Positions 1 to 9,598 are shown, counted from the stretch's first letter. The stretch: 64,000 nucleotides of DNA from an uncultured Gammaproteobacteria bacterium (GCA_913052565.1 CAJXFH010000001.1:15772-79771); one strand, 5' to 3'. Made by a program: numbers and translations. Notes: generated from the letters alone by a model not told the origin.

Positions 1-921
1 GTAGGGAACAGCTGATCCTCCTATTATTGTTTGACGAACTGACTCAAGTTTAATCTTATTTTCTTTGCAATAATTTAAAAGGCCGAGCCATATTGTTGGC
101 ACTCCAAATGCTAGGGAGACATTTTCATTTTCAATTAACTCTACCAGAGAGGCTCCGTCCATACCCATGCCTGGTAAAACAAGTTTTATACCATTCATAG
201 CACCTATGTATGGCAATCCCCAACCCATGACGTGGAACATTGGAACTACCATGAGGATAGAATCATTTTTACTTAGCCCTAAACCATTAGCTGATGAGCC
301 AGCCCATGCATGAAGAAGAGTAGATTTATGTGAGTAAAGTACTCCCTTAGGATTACCAGTTGTTCCTGATGTGTAACAAAGACCGCAAGGAGCATCTTCT
401 GCAAGCTCTGGCCATTCATAACTCTCAGAACCATCAGCTATGAACTCCTCATATGAAATTACGTTCTTTAATTTTGTTTCTGGCATTTCATCCTTGCCAC
501 AAAGCAGTATGTATTGCTCCACAGTCGGACAATTATCTTGAATTGCCTCTAGGAGCGGTGCAAAAACTGTTTCAAGAAAAACAATTCTATTTTCAGCGTG
601 ATTTATTATGTAGACAATTTGCTCGGGATGTAGGCGAAAATTAATTGTATGCATCACTGCTCCCATGCCTGAAATACCATAATACATTTCCATATTTCGG
701 TGTGAGTTCAATGCAAGAGATCCAACATTCTGCCCATGTTTTATTCCGTACTTTTCTAGAGAAGAACCAAGTTTCTTTGCTCTTTTTGCTATTTGACCAT
801 AATTAGACTTATGAATATCACCAGATAAAAGTCTGGAGACAATTTCCACATCCGGAAAAATTTTTTCTGCGTAGTCAATAATGCTAGCGACATTTTGACT
901 CCATGATTGCATATTGCTCAT
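1..921 (-). CDS. AMP-dependent acyl-CoA synthetase/ligase, N-terminal 307 codons (3' end lies beyond the window)
   Basis: My own minus-strand translation from the ATG at 921-919 gives MSNMQSWSQNV... It contains the adenylate-forming signature YTSGTTGNPKGV. All 307 codons to the window edge are open. It is absent from the ORF track because no stop lies inside the window. Confidence 0.8.
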   Translation of the reverse strand, partial: MSNMQSWSQNVASIIDYAEKIFPDVEIVSRLLSGDIHKSNYGQIAKRAKKLGSSLEKYGIKHGQNVGSLALNSHRNMEMYYGISGMGAVMHTINFRLHPEQIVYIINHAENRIVFLETVFAPLLEAIQDNCPTVEQYILLCGKDEMPETKLKNVISYEEFIADGSESYEWPELAEDAPCGLCYTSGTTGNPKGVLYSHKSTLLHAWAGSSANGLGLSKNDSILMVVPMFHVMGWGLPYIGAMNGIKLVLPGMGMDGASLVELIENENVSLAFGVPTIWLGLLNYCKENKIKLESVRQTIIGGSAVPY

Positions 922-923
922 AT

Positions 924-1904
924 CTACTCCCAATTTTTTAGATTATGAAGATAAGGATACCATTCATTTTTAAGAGGGTGAAACCATGTAAACATAATTT
1001 TATGAATTTTATCCTTAGTATCAGAATCAATCTTGATTTTTTGACTAGGGTCAAAAAGATAAACATATGGAATTAATCTTTCATCGACGCCATGTTTTAA
1101 TAAAATATCTTCAAATGAAGAATCAGATTTTGCTTTAAAGTTACCAAATAGGTCTATTATTAATGAGTCTGTTCTGGGCATACCTGTAAGATTTACTAAA
1201 TAACAATCTTTAGACATCAAATAACTATGATCAAGGTGTTTCATTAGAGTTAAATTCATTTTTTTCGGACAAGAGTCAGTAGTAAAATAGTTGTCCCATA
1301 TGCTAATCAAAGAGGAATTTTCTTCATCAAGATCGGTTTCAGAATTTTTATTCAAAGATGTTGATATTACTTTTTCTCCAGTCCAAAAAAAATTTAAATC
1401 TTTAATTCGATCTTTTGTAAATTGACTAAAGTAATTGGCGTGTTCAATATTCTTATTTATTAATTCACTAGAATAAACGGTAGGACAATAATCTAAATTG
1501 ATTTCTGGAAAAGAATCCATTAGATCCGTCATAACTCTTTTTTGATTTTGATAATCAAAATTTGAGTCGATATCATCAAATAAAATAGAAAAATATTTAA
1601 TCTTAAAGCCCATAAATTGCCTTATCTTTGTTTTCAAATTTTCAAAATCATTTGTATTAATTAGAGATAGGCCAATGCCAAGGTTAATACCTAATTCTTC
1701 AGTAAAAGAGGCAAAATCTTCAAAATCATTTAACCACTCTTTTGTATGTTCTAGATCTATATGTGTTCGAATGAAGGGGTCTTCTTTAGGAGCATACAAG
1801 TAAAAATTTAATTCCGAGCTTTTTAAAGCATCGCAAAAAATTTTTCTTTCATCAAATGAAAGCAGTTTGCCATAAAAACCTTCTACAATTCCAAATCTTT
1901 TCAT
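924..1904 (-). CDS. GH84-type beta-N-acetylglucosaminidase (O-GlcNAcase-like catalytic domain only, no signal peptide)
   Basis: It carries the ordered motifs GIVEGFYG, YLYAPKEDP, FSILFDDID (Asp-Asp pair), YCPTVY, FFWTGEKV and SIWDNY, matching the GH84 catalytic core as I recall it. The stop is 2 nt from the downstream acyl-CoA synthetase start. Confidence 0.7.
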   Translation of the reverse strand: MKRFGIVEGFYGKLLSFDERKIFCDALKSSELNFYLYAPKEDPFIRTHIDLEHTKEWLNDFEDFASFTEELGINLGIGLSLINTNDFENLKTKIRQFMGFKIKYFSILFDDIDSNFDYQNQKRVMTDLMDSFPEINLDYCPTVYSSELINKNIEHANYFSQFTKDRIKDLNFFWTGEKVISTSLNKNSETDLDEENSSLISIWDNYFTTDSCPKKMNLTLMKHLDHSYLMSKDCYLVNLTGMPRTDSLIIDLFGNFKAKSDSSFEDILLKHGVDERLIPYVYLFDPSQKIKIDSDTKDKIHKIMFTWFHPLKNEWYPYLHNLKNWE

Positions 1905-1950
1905 ACATTAAGTCTACAAGATCATTCAAATTTTAGCCTAAGTTTTCAGG

Positions 1951-2745
1951 TTATTTCTTTTGAGCAAATATGAATCTATTTATGTTCTTGAAATCTTTTA
2001 TAGAACTTATTTTTGTAAAGTTTTTATTTTCAAGCATGTTTTTCAGTTCATCATCTTGTCCAACACCATGTTCAAACAATATTTTTCCATCCTTTTTAAG
2101 GAAATTTCCTAAGTTATTAATGATTATTTTAAAATCACTTAATCCTCTATCAGTAGAATAAAGTGCTAAATCAGGTTCATGAATTAGACTTTCATCAAGC
2201 TTCAGACCTTTTGACACATAGGGGGGATTAGAAACAATTAAATCAAATTTTTCGTCAACTTTTGAGAACCAATTTGATTGAATAAATTTAACTTTATTAT
2301 TTGTTTGCAAATTATTTTTTTCTGCAATTTCTAAAGCTTTTTTAGATAAATCAACTCCGGTAACCTCACTCTCTACAAAAATTTTAGATAGCTCGATCGC
2401 TATGCAGCCTGATCCAGTACCAAGATCAAGTATTTTGTTAAAAGCATTAAAATTATTTGCTAGAAAGTCGACTAAAATCTCTGTTTCAGGTCTTGGTATA
2501 AGAACATCTTCACTCAAAAGATAATTTCCTTGATAAAACGGCCAAACTCCTAAGATATATTGGACTGGTTTTTTGGCTTTTATATCGCTTATAGTTTTTT
2601 TGAGGTTTATATCTTTTGCTTTAAGTTCATCGATCAAGAAATTTAAACCTTCATCATAAGTTTTACCATAGACTTCTTCCCAGACTACTATGACATCTTT
2701 AATAGCTTCTTTATTCTTCTTGAATTTGGAGGAGTTTTTCTGCAT
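1951..2745 (-). CDS. prmC: release-factor glutamine N5-methyltransferase (HemK/PrmC)
   Basis: It has the SAM-binding motif [11 protein letters not shown] and the catalytic NPPY (VSNPPYV). It lies directly downstream of prfA and overlaps it. Confidence 0.9.
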   Translation of the reverse strand: MQKNSSKFKKNKEAIKDVIVVWEEVYGKTYDEGLNFLIDELKAKDINLKKTISDIKAKKPVQYILGVWPFYQGNYLLSEDVLIPRPETEILVDFLANNFNAFNKILDLGTGSGCIAIELSKIFVESEVTGVDLSKKALEIAEKNNLQTNNKVKFIQSNWFSKVDEKFDLIVSNPPYVSKGLKLDESLIHEPDLALYSTDRGLSDFKIIINNLGNFLKKDGKILFEHGVGQDDELKNMLENKNFTKISSIKDFKNINRFIFAQKK

Positions 2746-3790
2746 TGCTTTGAGCTTTTAAGGAATCAATCATCTCAGTTAAATCTCCATCGAGAAAATT
2801 CTCAATGTTATACAAAGTAAGCTTAAGTCTGTGATCTGTTATTCTTCCTTGTGGAAAATTATATGTACGAATCTTTTCACTTCTATCACCAGTTCCAACT
2901 AATGATTTCCTTTCACTTGCTTGTTCTTTTTCAAGTTTTTGTTTTTCTACATCATATATTTTCGCCGACAAAAGCGCTAAAGCCTTAGCTTTGTTTTTAT
3001 GTTGGCTCCTGTCATCTTGACACTCCACAACTATCCCTGAGGGAAGATGTGTAAGCCTTACTGCTGAATCTGTTTTGTTAACGTGTTGACCACCTGCACC
3101 AGAAGCCCTAAAAGTATCTACTCTTATATCTGACATATCTAAATCTTTTTCTTCAATATCATCTAGTTCTGGCATTACGGCTACTGTTGCTGTGGAAGTG
3201 TGAATTCTGCCTTGAGATTCTGTCTCTGGCACTCTTTGTACTCTATGAACGCCGGATTCAAATTTGAGCTTTCCATAAGAATCATCACCAATGATTTTTA
3301 TTACAACTTCTTTAAAACCTCCAGGACCTGAAACAATTTCTTTTATTTTTTCTGTTTTCCAGTTTGATCTTTCAGCAAACCTTGAAAACATTCTGTATAA
3401 GTCACCAACAAAAATTGCTGCTTCATCTCCGCCTGCACCAGCTCTTAATTCTAAGAATGAGTTTCTTGAATCATCTTTGTCCTTTGGTAAAAGTTGAATC
3501 ATTATCTCTTCTTCGAGTACTTTTAATTTATTTTCACATTCAACTTTTTCTTCAGCTGCAATTTCTTTCATTTCTTCATCTTTAATCAGTTTTTCAAGGT
3601 CAGTTATAGTGCTCTCAAGCTTTTGGAACTCAGACCAATTTGCAACTACTTCTTTAATTTCAGAAAACTCTTTATTTAAGGCTGTAAGTCTTGAGATATC
3701 AGAGGTAATGGCTGGATCTGAAAGTTGGCTACCTATATCTTCAGCCTTTGATTGCAAATTATCTAATGATTTTCTGATAGTTTCTTTCAA
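2711..3790 (-). CDS. prfA: peptide chain release factor 1
   Basis: It has the GGQ motif ([19 protein letters not shown]) and the RF1-type P-x-T tripeptide context [14 protein letters not shown]. The hemA-prfA-prmC synteny is conserved. Confidence 0.97.
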   Translation of the reverse strand: MKETIRKSLDNLQSKAEDIGSQLSDPAITSDISRLTALNKEFSEIKEVVANWSEFQKLESTITDLEKLIKDEEMKEIAAEEKVECENKLKVLEEEIMIQLLPKDKDDSRNSFLELRAGAGGDEAAIFVGDLYRMFSRFAERSNWKTEKIKEIVSGPGGFKEVVIKIIGDDSYGKLKFESGVHRVQRVPETESQGRIHTSTATVAVMPELDDIEEKDLDMSDIRVDTFRASGAGGQHVNKTDSAVRLTHLPSGIVVECQDDRSQHKNKAKALALLSAKIYDVEKQKLEKEQASERKSLVGTGDRSEKIRTYNFPQGRITDHRLKLTLYNIENFLDGDLTEMIDSLKAQSNAEKLLQIQEE

Positions 3791-3792
3791 AA

Positions 3793-4953
3793 TTACCCTC
3801 TATTTTTTGAAGACATTGAATCATCTAATATTTTAGAGACATGGAAAGCATTTTTTGATGCAATCTCATCAGCTAATTCTTCAATTACATCATTTATTTC
3901 GTCTCCCTCAGACAATTTTTCCCTCGCTTTCTTAATAGCTTTTAACTTGATATCAGACTGTTCTTCACGAAACTTTTTTTGAACAGCATTGATAGTTTTT
4001 CTGTTTTGTAGTTTCAAAAATTCTTTTTCAGCATTAGAAGAAATTAAGTTTTCAGCATCTTTTACTGCACTTTCTCTACCTTTTAAATTTTCAGCTACCA
4101 TTCCACTCAATTCATCGAGTGTAAGAATAGTTTTTCCGCCTCTTGTAACGAATCCTGAGGGCAAATTTCTTGGAATTGCCAAATCAAAAATTAGACAATT
4201 ATCCTTTACTTCTTCACTTGCAAAAAACGGTGTTTCTGATGCTGCTGCAATCACAACAATTTGATAATTCTTAATTTCATTACTTACTTCGCCTAGAGGC
4301 CTGCTAGAAATTCCATCGACATTGATATCTGTTCTATTGAACAGTTCAATTTCATATTTTTTTTGATTAAGTCGTTTTATAAGTGCTTTTCCAACATTTC
4401 CTGCACCTATTAGTAAAACAGGTGATTTATCCTGCTCGAGTATTCTGTTTTCTACAAGTGAAGCTATGGATAAGGGGTTTTTAGAGAGACTAGTTTCCGA
4501 TCTAATATCTTTAGCTAAATTTATTGCTCTAGAGAAGATTAGCTCTAGGTCAGAACCCAAATAGTTAAATGATTTTGAATTTTGAAATGATTTCTTTACT
4601 TGTCCAAATATATCCGGCTCTCCCACTATCATTGAATCAATTCCAGTCATAACTCTTAGAAGATGTTTAAAAGCTTCATTTTTTGAAAATAAGTATTGAT
4701 CGTTTTTTCTTAAACCAATATTTTTGCCTACCAGCTGTTCTAGATGGCTATCGAAGTTCTTTATCTGAGTTCTCTCACAAAAAGAGTAGAATTCTGTTCT
4801 GTTGCAAGTTGATAGAAATACTCCGTTCTCAAAAGGTGTAACACTTTTAAGATTTGCGATTATTTCATCAATCTTCTCTTTATTAAAAGCAAATTTTTCT
4901 CTAACCTCTAAAGAGGTAGATTTATGACTTATTCCCCAACAATGAAATTCCAT
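3793..4953 (-). CDS. hemA: glutamyl-tRNA reductase
   Basis: The N-terminus reads [15 protein letters not shown], the catalytic Cys motif is [10 protein letters not shown], and the Rossmann motif is [10 protein letters not shown]. It sits upstream of prfA. Confidence 0.93.
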   Translation of the reverse strand: MEFHCWGISHKSTSLEVREKFAFNKEKIDEIIANLKSVTPFENGVFLSTCNRTEFYSFCERTQIKNFDSHLEQLVGKNIGLRKNDQYLFSKNEAFKHLLRVMTGIDSMIVGEPDIFGQVKKSFQNSKSFNYLGSDLELIFSRAINLAKDIRSETSLSKNPLSIASLVENRILEQDKSPVLLIGAGNVGKALIKRLNQKKYEIELFNRTDINVDGISSRPLGEVSNEIKNYQIVVIAAASETPFFASEEVKDNCLIFDLAIPRNLPSGFVTRGGKTILTLDELSGMVAENLKGRESAVKDAENLISSNAEKEFLKLQNRKTINAVQKKFREEQSDIKLKAIKKAREKLSEGDEINDVIEELADEIASKNAFHVSKILDDSMSSKNRG

Positions 4954-5361
4954 AATTTATATTTTAAATATTTAATTAATTTAATTTTTTCTTTATTTAT
5001 CTTATCCAGCTGTGCAAGTTTAAATACATCTTCTCAAACATACAATCTTGAAGGCAAATTATCCTATATATCTGAAACTGACTCTGGCATTACAAAGGTT
5101 TCAATTTCCACGAGTAAAAATAAAACAATTATTAAGATTTTTGATCCAGTGATGGGCCAAAAAATTTCAGAACTAAATGGGTTTAAAAAATCATGGAACC
5201 TTTCTTCTGGTATTTCAATACAATTCTTTGATGCACTTCCAAAACCAATAGAAATTTTTGAATTTGTATCATCAAAATGTAAGTTGGCGGGAAAATGTGA
5301 AATTCGCATTGAAAGCGAAGATCAAGATAATACAATCAAACTAATTCTTAAGAATGTATAG
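4942..5361 (+). CDS. lolB: outer-membrane lipoprotein, probable LolB (short form)
   Basis: It has a signal peptide with a lipobox (LFILSSC). It occupies the conserved lolB slot, divergent from hemA and overlapping the ispE start by 8 nt. The sequence is too divergent for me to confirm directly. I chose the start at ATG 4942; the ORF track starts at 4924. Confidence 0.5.
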   Translation: MKFHNLYFKYLINLIFSLFILSSCASLNTSSQTYNLEGKLSYISETDSGITKVSISTSKNKTIIKIFDPVMGQKISELNGFKKSWNLSSGISIQFFDALPKPIEIFEFVSSKCKLAGKCEIRIESEDQDNTIKLILKNV

Positions 5362-6169
5362 ATTTAAATCTTTTGCAAAAATAAATAGCTACTTAAATGT
5401 TATAAGTAAACTTGAGTCTGGATATCATTCACTTAATACTCATTTTCAGATCATAGATCTGCACGATAAGATATCTTTTAAGACCTCTAGCAAAACAGTT
5501 CTTACTAGCAATAAAAATTTTGATCTTAAGGATAATTTAATTCTTAAAGCTAAAAACTGGTTCGAAAAAAAATTTGATCTCAGAAATAATTTTGAAATAC
5601 ATCTAGAAAAGGAAATTCCTATAGGAGCAGGTCTTGGAGGTGGCAGCTCAAATGCTGCGACAACACTCTATTTTCTATGTAAATTTCATAATATTGATTT
5701 GAAAAAACTAACCAGAGATCAGGTATGTAACGAACTCGGAGCTGATGTATTTATTTTTCTAACAAGGCAAAGTGCTTTTGCAGAGGGTAGAGGGGAAATA
5801 ATTACAGAAATTCATTCTTTTGATTCAGATTACTTGTTGTTATCGCCCGATATAAATATTTCTACAAAAAAGATGTTTGAATCTAAATTTCTTGAAGTAT
5901 CCAACAAAATAGATAAAACAAAAAATTGTTTTTTTGATGTTTTGCTTAAAGAAAGTCTAGAATTTTCAAATTTTTACTCTGAATTAAAGAAAAAATTGCC
6001 AATAAATACTTTTAATAAATTGAAATTAAGTGGAACTGGCTCAACATTATTTATAGAAAATCCGGACGAGAATGAAAAAGCATTAATTTTCGAATTATTT
6101 GGTCAAAATTTTAGAGTTTTTTTGGCTAAAGGATTAGAATACTATGACTTTGAACTTAATGGGGTGTAG
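5354..6169 (+). CDS. ispE: 4-diphosphocytidyl-2-C-methyl-D-erythritol kinase
   Basis: It has the GHMP-kinase motif PIGAGLGGGSSNAAT and lolB-ispE-prs synteny. The last 10 nt, including the TAG stop, overlap tRNA-Gln. Confidence 0.9.
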   Translation: MYRFKSFAKINSYLNVISKLESGYHSLNTHFQIIDLHDKISFKTSSKTVLTSNKNFDLKDNLILKAKNWFEKKFDLRNNFEIHLEKEIPIGAGLGGGSSNAATTLYFLCKFHNIDLKKLTRDQVCNELGADVFIFLTRQSAFAEGRGEIITEIHSFDSDYLLLSPDINISTKKMFESKFLEVSNKIDKTKNCFFDVLLKESLEFSNFYSELKKKLPINTFNKLKLSGTGSTLFIENPDENEKALIFELFGQNFRVFLAKGLEYYDFELNGV

Positions 6170-6234
6170 CCAAGTGGTAAGGCAGCGGCTTTTGGTGCCG
6201 CCATTCGTAGGTTCGAATCCTACCACCCCAGCCA
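6160..6234 (+). tRNA. tRNA-Gln (anticodon UUG)
   Basis: I folded the cloverleaf by hand. The acceptor is TGGGGTG/CACCCCA, the anticodon arm is GCGGC-TTTTGGT-GCCGC (UUG), and the T arm is GTAGG-TTCGAAT-CCTAC. It has G73 and an encoded CCA. It is 75 nt and closely resembles E. coli tRNA-Gln. Confidence 0.93.
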
Positions 6235-6242
6235 TGTGATAT

Positions 6243-7190
6243 ATGAATAATAGAGTTGTTTTTACAGGAAATTCAAACCCTAAGCTAGCAGAAAGTGTAG
6301 CGAAAAACTTAAATGTTCAGCTTGGGGACATAAAAGTTGCCTCATTCAGTGATGGTGAAATAAATGTTGAAATTAACGAAAATGTTAGAGGCAAAGATAC
6401 TTTTGTAATTCAATCCACAAATTTTCCAGCTGAAAAAAATCTGATTGAATTAATTCTTATTATAGATGCTTTGAAAAGAGCTTCAGTTAGATCAATAACA
6501 GCAGTTATCCCATATTTTGGATATTCTAGGCAGGATAGACGTGTAAGGTCTGCAAGAGTTCCTATAAGTGCAAGAGTAGTAGCCGATATGCTGTCAAATG
6601 CAGGGGTAACGAGAATTATTACTCTAGATATACATTCAGAGCAAATTCAAGGATTTTTTTCCTTTCCAATGGATAATATCTACACTGCAAACTTAATGGT
6701 AAAGGACTTGCTTTTAAAATATAAAGTTGACGATCTTCAGGTAGTCTCTCCCGATACAGGTGGAGTTATCAGAGCAAGGTCAGTTGCCAAAACACTAGGG
6801 GTTCAAGATTTGGCAATAATAGATAAAAGAAGAGAGAAAGCTAATGAGTCTGAGGTAATAAACCTAATTGGTGATGTAGATGGAAAGGTCTGCATTGTGC
6901 CAGATGATTTAATTGATACAGCTGGAACTTTAAGTAATGCAAGCCATGCTCTGAAAGAAAGAGGTGCTAAGGAGATTATTGCCTATATTACACACCCTGT
7001 TTTGTCAGGAAATGCTGTAGAAAATCTAAATAATTCAGCAATTGATAAACTGGTTGTATCAAACTCTATAGATATTGGTGACAAATCCGAAAAATGTCCT
7101 AAAATAGACGTCTTTGATATATCGCCTATATTGTCACAAGCTATAACAAGGTTAATGACAGGCGAATCAATAAGCGAGTTGTTTAGATAA
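6243..7190 (+). CDS. prs: ribose-phosphate pyrophosphokinase
   Basis: It aligns full-length with PRPP synthetases (GYSRQDRR, DIHSEQIQGFF) and has the PRPP-binding loop IVPDDLIDTAGT. Confidence 0.97.
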   Translation: MNNRVVFTGNSNPKLAESVAKNLNVQLGDIKVASFSDGEINVEINENVRGKDTFVIQSTNFPAEKNLIELILIIDALKRASVRSITAVIPYFGYSRQDRRVRSARVPISARVVADMLSNAGVTRIITLDIHSEQIQGFFSFPMDNIYTANLMVKDLLLKYKVDDLQVVSPDTGGVIRARSVAKTLGVQDLAIIDKRREKANESEVINLIGDVDGKVCIVPDDLIDTAGTLSNASHALKERGAKEIIAYITHPVLSGNAVENLNNSAIDKLVVSNSIDIGDKSEKCPKIDVFDISPILSQAITRLMTGESISELFR

Positions 7191-7897
7191 TGGAAACTTT
7201 AAAACTAAAAGCTGAAATTAGGGAAAAAGTTGGAGGACTGAGCTCCAAACAACTAATTTATAAAGAGGGAAGAATTCCTGGCATTATCTATGGTGGAAAA
7301 AATGATCCACAACCAATTTTTGTGCAGCAAAATGAGCTGCTAAAAATTATTTCTAATGAAGGTCTTTTCAATTCAATCGTTGAAATAGAACTGAATGACA
7401 AAAAGGAAAAAGTAGTTTTCAAAGAAGTTCAAAAACATCCATCTAAGAATATCTTTACTCATATTGATCTTCAGAGAGTGGTCGATGGAACTAGAGTTAA
7501 CGTTGTTGTTCCAGTTGTTCTCAAAAATCAAGATAAGTGTTTCGGTGTCAAAATTGAGGGTGGTGTTATAAACCATGTGCTTAAGGAAATTTCTGTGCTT
7601 ACTGATCCAGCTAAAATCCCTGAATCAATAGAGGTAGATATGGAAGAAATTAAGTCCAAAGAGAAGGTTAGACTAAGCTCACTAGAAATTGATGGGAGCT
7701 ATGATTTTCCTGCAAGCCTAAAATCACAAGACCCCGTATTAGTTTCTGTTCTAACAGCACGAGGTGGAATGCTTGATTTTGAAGATGAAGAAGTTGATGA
7801 TGTTGATGAGGGTGCTGATGGAGAAAGCACAGAATCAAGTGATGAAAAGGCTTCTGAAGAAAATAGCTCAGATAATACTGAGGAAAAATCCGAATAA
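7190..7897 (+). CDS. rplY: 50S ribosomal protein L25 (Ctc form) with an acidic/Ser-rich C-terminal tail
   Basis: The L25 N-domain reads KAEIREKVGGLSSKQLIYKEGRIPGIIYG. It sits in the prs-rplY-pth block. The last ~40 residues are mostly Asp/Glu/Ser. Confidence 0.9.
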   Translation: METLKLKAEIREKVGGLSSKQLIYKEGRIPGIIYGGKNDPQPIFVQQNELLKIISNEGLFNSIVEIELNDKKEKVVFKEVQKHPSKNIFTHIDLQRVVDGTRVNVVVPVVLKNQDKCFGVKIEGGVINHVLKEISVLTDPAKIPESIEVDMEEIKSKEKVRLSSLEIDGSYDFPASLKSQDPVLVSVLTARGGMLDFEDEEVDDVDEGADGESTESSDEKASEENSSDNTEEKSE

Positions 7898-7898
7898 T

Positions 7899-8468
7899 TT
7901 GTTAGATCTTTGTATTATTGGTCTAGGAAACCCAGGCGATAAACATTCTAAAACCAGACATAATGCTGGGTATGACTATCTTGAAAACCTTTGCAATGAT
8001 CTAGGTGTTATTTTAACCCCAAATAAAAAACTTGATGGTCATTATGGAGAAGCTGTTATTAATGATCTTAAGGTTGGCTTTCTAAAACCAAATGAATTCA
8101 TAAATAATAGTGGCAAATCGGTTCTTCTGGTTAAGAAATATCATGTTAAAAATTTATCAGACATATTAGTTGTCCATGATGATATGGACCTAGAGCCTGG
8201 AGAGGTCAAACTCAAAGAGGGTGGTGGCCATGGTGGACACAATGGTCTCAAGGATATCATTGGAAAAGCTGGTAAGGATTTTGTTCGCTTAAGATTCGGT
8301 ATCGGGCACCCTCCCACCAAACAAGAAACAAATGCATGGGTGATAAAAAAACCAAATCCACAAGAAAAAAAAGGTTTAGAAGAATCCTTTGCAAAAGCAA
8401 ATTATGCCAGAGATTCTATTCTGAAAAAAAAATGGCTAATTGCCATGAATGAACTTCATAAAAAATGA
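7899..8468 (+). CDS. pth: peptidyl-tRNA hydrolase (probable TTG start)
   Basis: It has the motif IIGLGNPGDKHSKTRHNAGY. The in-frame TTG at 7899 lies 2 nt after the rplY stop and gives a canonical N-terminus. The upstream part of the tracked ORF overlaps rplY. Confidence 0.9.
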   Translation: MLDLCIIGLGNPGDKHSKTRHNAGYDYLENLCNDLGVILTPNKKLDGHYGEAVINDLKVGFLKPNEFINNSGKSVLLVKKYHVKNLSDILVVHDDMDLEPGEVKLKEGGGHGGHNGLKDIIGKAGKDFVRLRFGIGHPPTKQETNAWVIKKPNPQEKKGLEESFAKANYARDSILKKKWLIAMNELHKK

Positions 8469-9553
8469 GTATTAAGTGTGGCATAGTTGGATTACCCAAC
8501 GTCGGTAAATCTACATTATTCAACGCGTTAACCTCACAGAAAATTGATGCTGAGAATTTTCCATTTTGCACTATCGAACCAAACATAGCTCGCGTAAATA
8601 TACCCGATGCTAGATTGGATCAACTCTCAGCAATGGTAAATCCTGAAAAAGTTATTCCATCATTTATGGAATTTGTAGATATAGCTGGGTTAGTTAAGGG
8701 TGCTCACTCAGGTGAAGGCCTTGGTAACAAATTTTTATCACATATTAGAGAAACCCAATGTTTTGCCCATGTAATCAGATGTTTTGATGATGAAAATGTA
8801 ATTCATGTAGAGGGTAAAATATCTCCACTTGAAGATCTTGAAACAATCGACACAGAACTAATACTTGCAGACCTTGAAATAATTATTAAGCGCAAAGAGC
8901 GTATTGGGAAACAGTTAAGGAATGGAGATAAGGCAACGCAATTTGAATTTGATTTATTGGAAAAGATTGAAAATCATCTAAATGAAACGAAACCAATTAG
9001 GGATTTATCTTTTGAGCCTAATGAAAATGAAATATTAAAACAAATACAGCTAGTAACAGCGAAACCATTTTTTTTTATTGCCAATTTGCATGAGGATGAA
9101 GGCAAAAATACACATTATTCAGCTCTAGAGGAGTATGCTGCTAAATCTGACCTTCCTGTTATTAAAGTATATGCCAAAGCTGAGGGTGAATTGGTTGATT
9201 TAGAGCCTAACGAAAAAATAGAATATCTTGAAATGCTAGGGCTTCAAGAACCAGCACTGAATGCAGTAATTAGAAAGGGATATGAGATGCTTAATCTATT
9301 CTCATACTTTACTGCAGGCCCTAAGGAAGTGAGAGCATGGTCAGTTAAGACAGGCTCGACTGCTCCTCAAGCTGCTGGGAAAATTCATACGGATTTTGAA
9401 AAAGGATTTATCAAGGCAGAAGTCATTGGTTTTGATGATTACATGTCTTGTGGCGGTGAGCTTAAAGCAAAAGAACAAGGCAAATTAAGAATTGAAGGCA
9501 AAGATTACATTGTTAAAGATGGTGATGTTATTCACTTTAGATTTAATGTGTAA
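8465..9553 (+). CDS. ychF: redox-regulated ribosome-binding ATPase YchF
   Basis: It has the P-loop GIVGLPNVGKSTLFNALT and a YchF C-terminal domain (KGFIKAEV). The pth-ychF synteny is conserved. Confidence 0.97.
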   Translation: MSIKCGIVGLPNVGKSTLFNALTSQKIDAENFPFCTIEPNIARVNIPDARLDQLSAMVNPEKVIPSFMEFVDIAGLVKGAHSGEGLGNKFLSHIRETQCFAHVIRCFDDENVIHVEGKISPLEDLETIDTELILADLEIIIKRKERIGKQLRNGDKATQFEFDLLEKIENHLNETKPIRDLSFEPNENEILKQIQLVTAKPFFFIANLHEDEGKNTHYSALEEYAAKSDLPVIKVYAKAEGELVDLEPNEKIEYLEMLGLQEPALNAVIRKGYEMLNLFSYFTAGPKEVRAWSVKTGSTAPQAAGKIHTDFEKGFIKAEVIGFDDYMSCGGELKAKEQGKLRIEGKDYIVKDGDVIHFRFNV

Positions 9554-9554
9554 A

Positions 9555-9585
9555 TTGATGTAATTAAAAATTAATTATTTATAAT
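9555..9585 (+). promoter_or_regulatory. candidate sigma70 promoter for tRNA-Met
   Basis: A perfect -10 TATAAT (9580-9585) lies 13 nt upstream of the mature tRNA 5' end. A possible -35 TTGATG (9555-9560) has a long 19-nt spacer. This is weak evidence in AT-rich DNA. Confidence 0.3.
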
Positions 9586-9598
9586 TACTTTCTGCATA

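Noticed and set aside
4924-4941. An alternative lolB start at ATG 4924 ([11 protein letters not shown]...).
   Set aside because: It adds six uncharged residues before an already complete n-region/h-region/lipobox signal peptide. ATG 4942 is preferred, though 4924 cannot be excluded and would only enlarge the hemA overlap.
7764-7898. The N-terminal 45-codon extension of the pth ORF, which overlaps rplY.
   Set aside because: The extension is an out-of-frame reading of the acidic L25 tail (MKKLMMLMRVLM...). The conserved Pth N-terminus (IIGLGNPG) begins just after an in-frame TTG at 7899.
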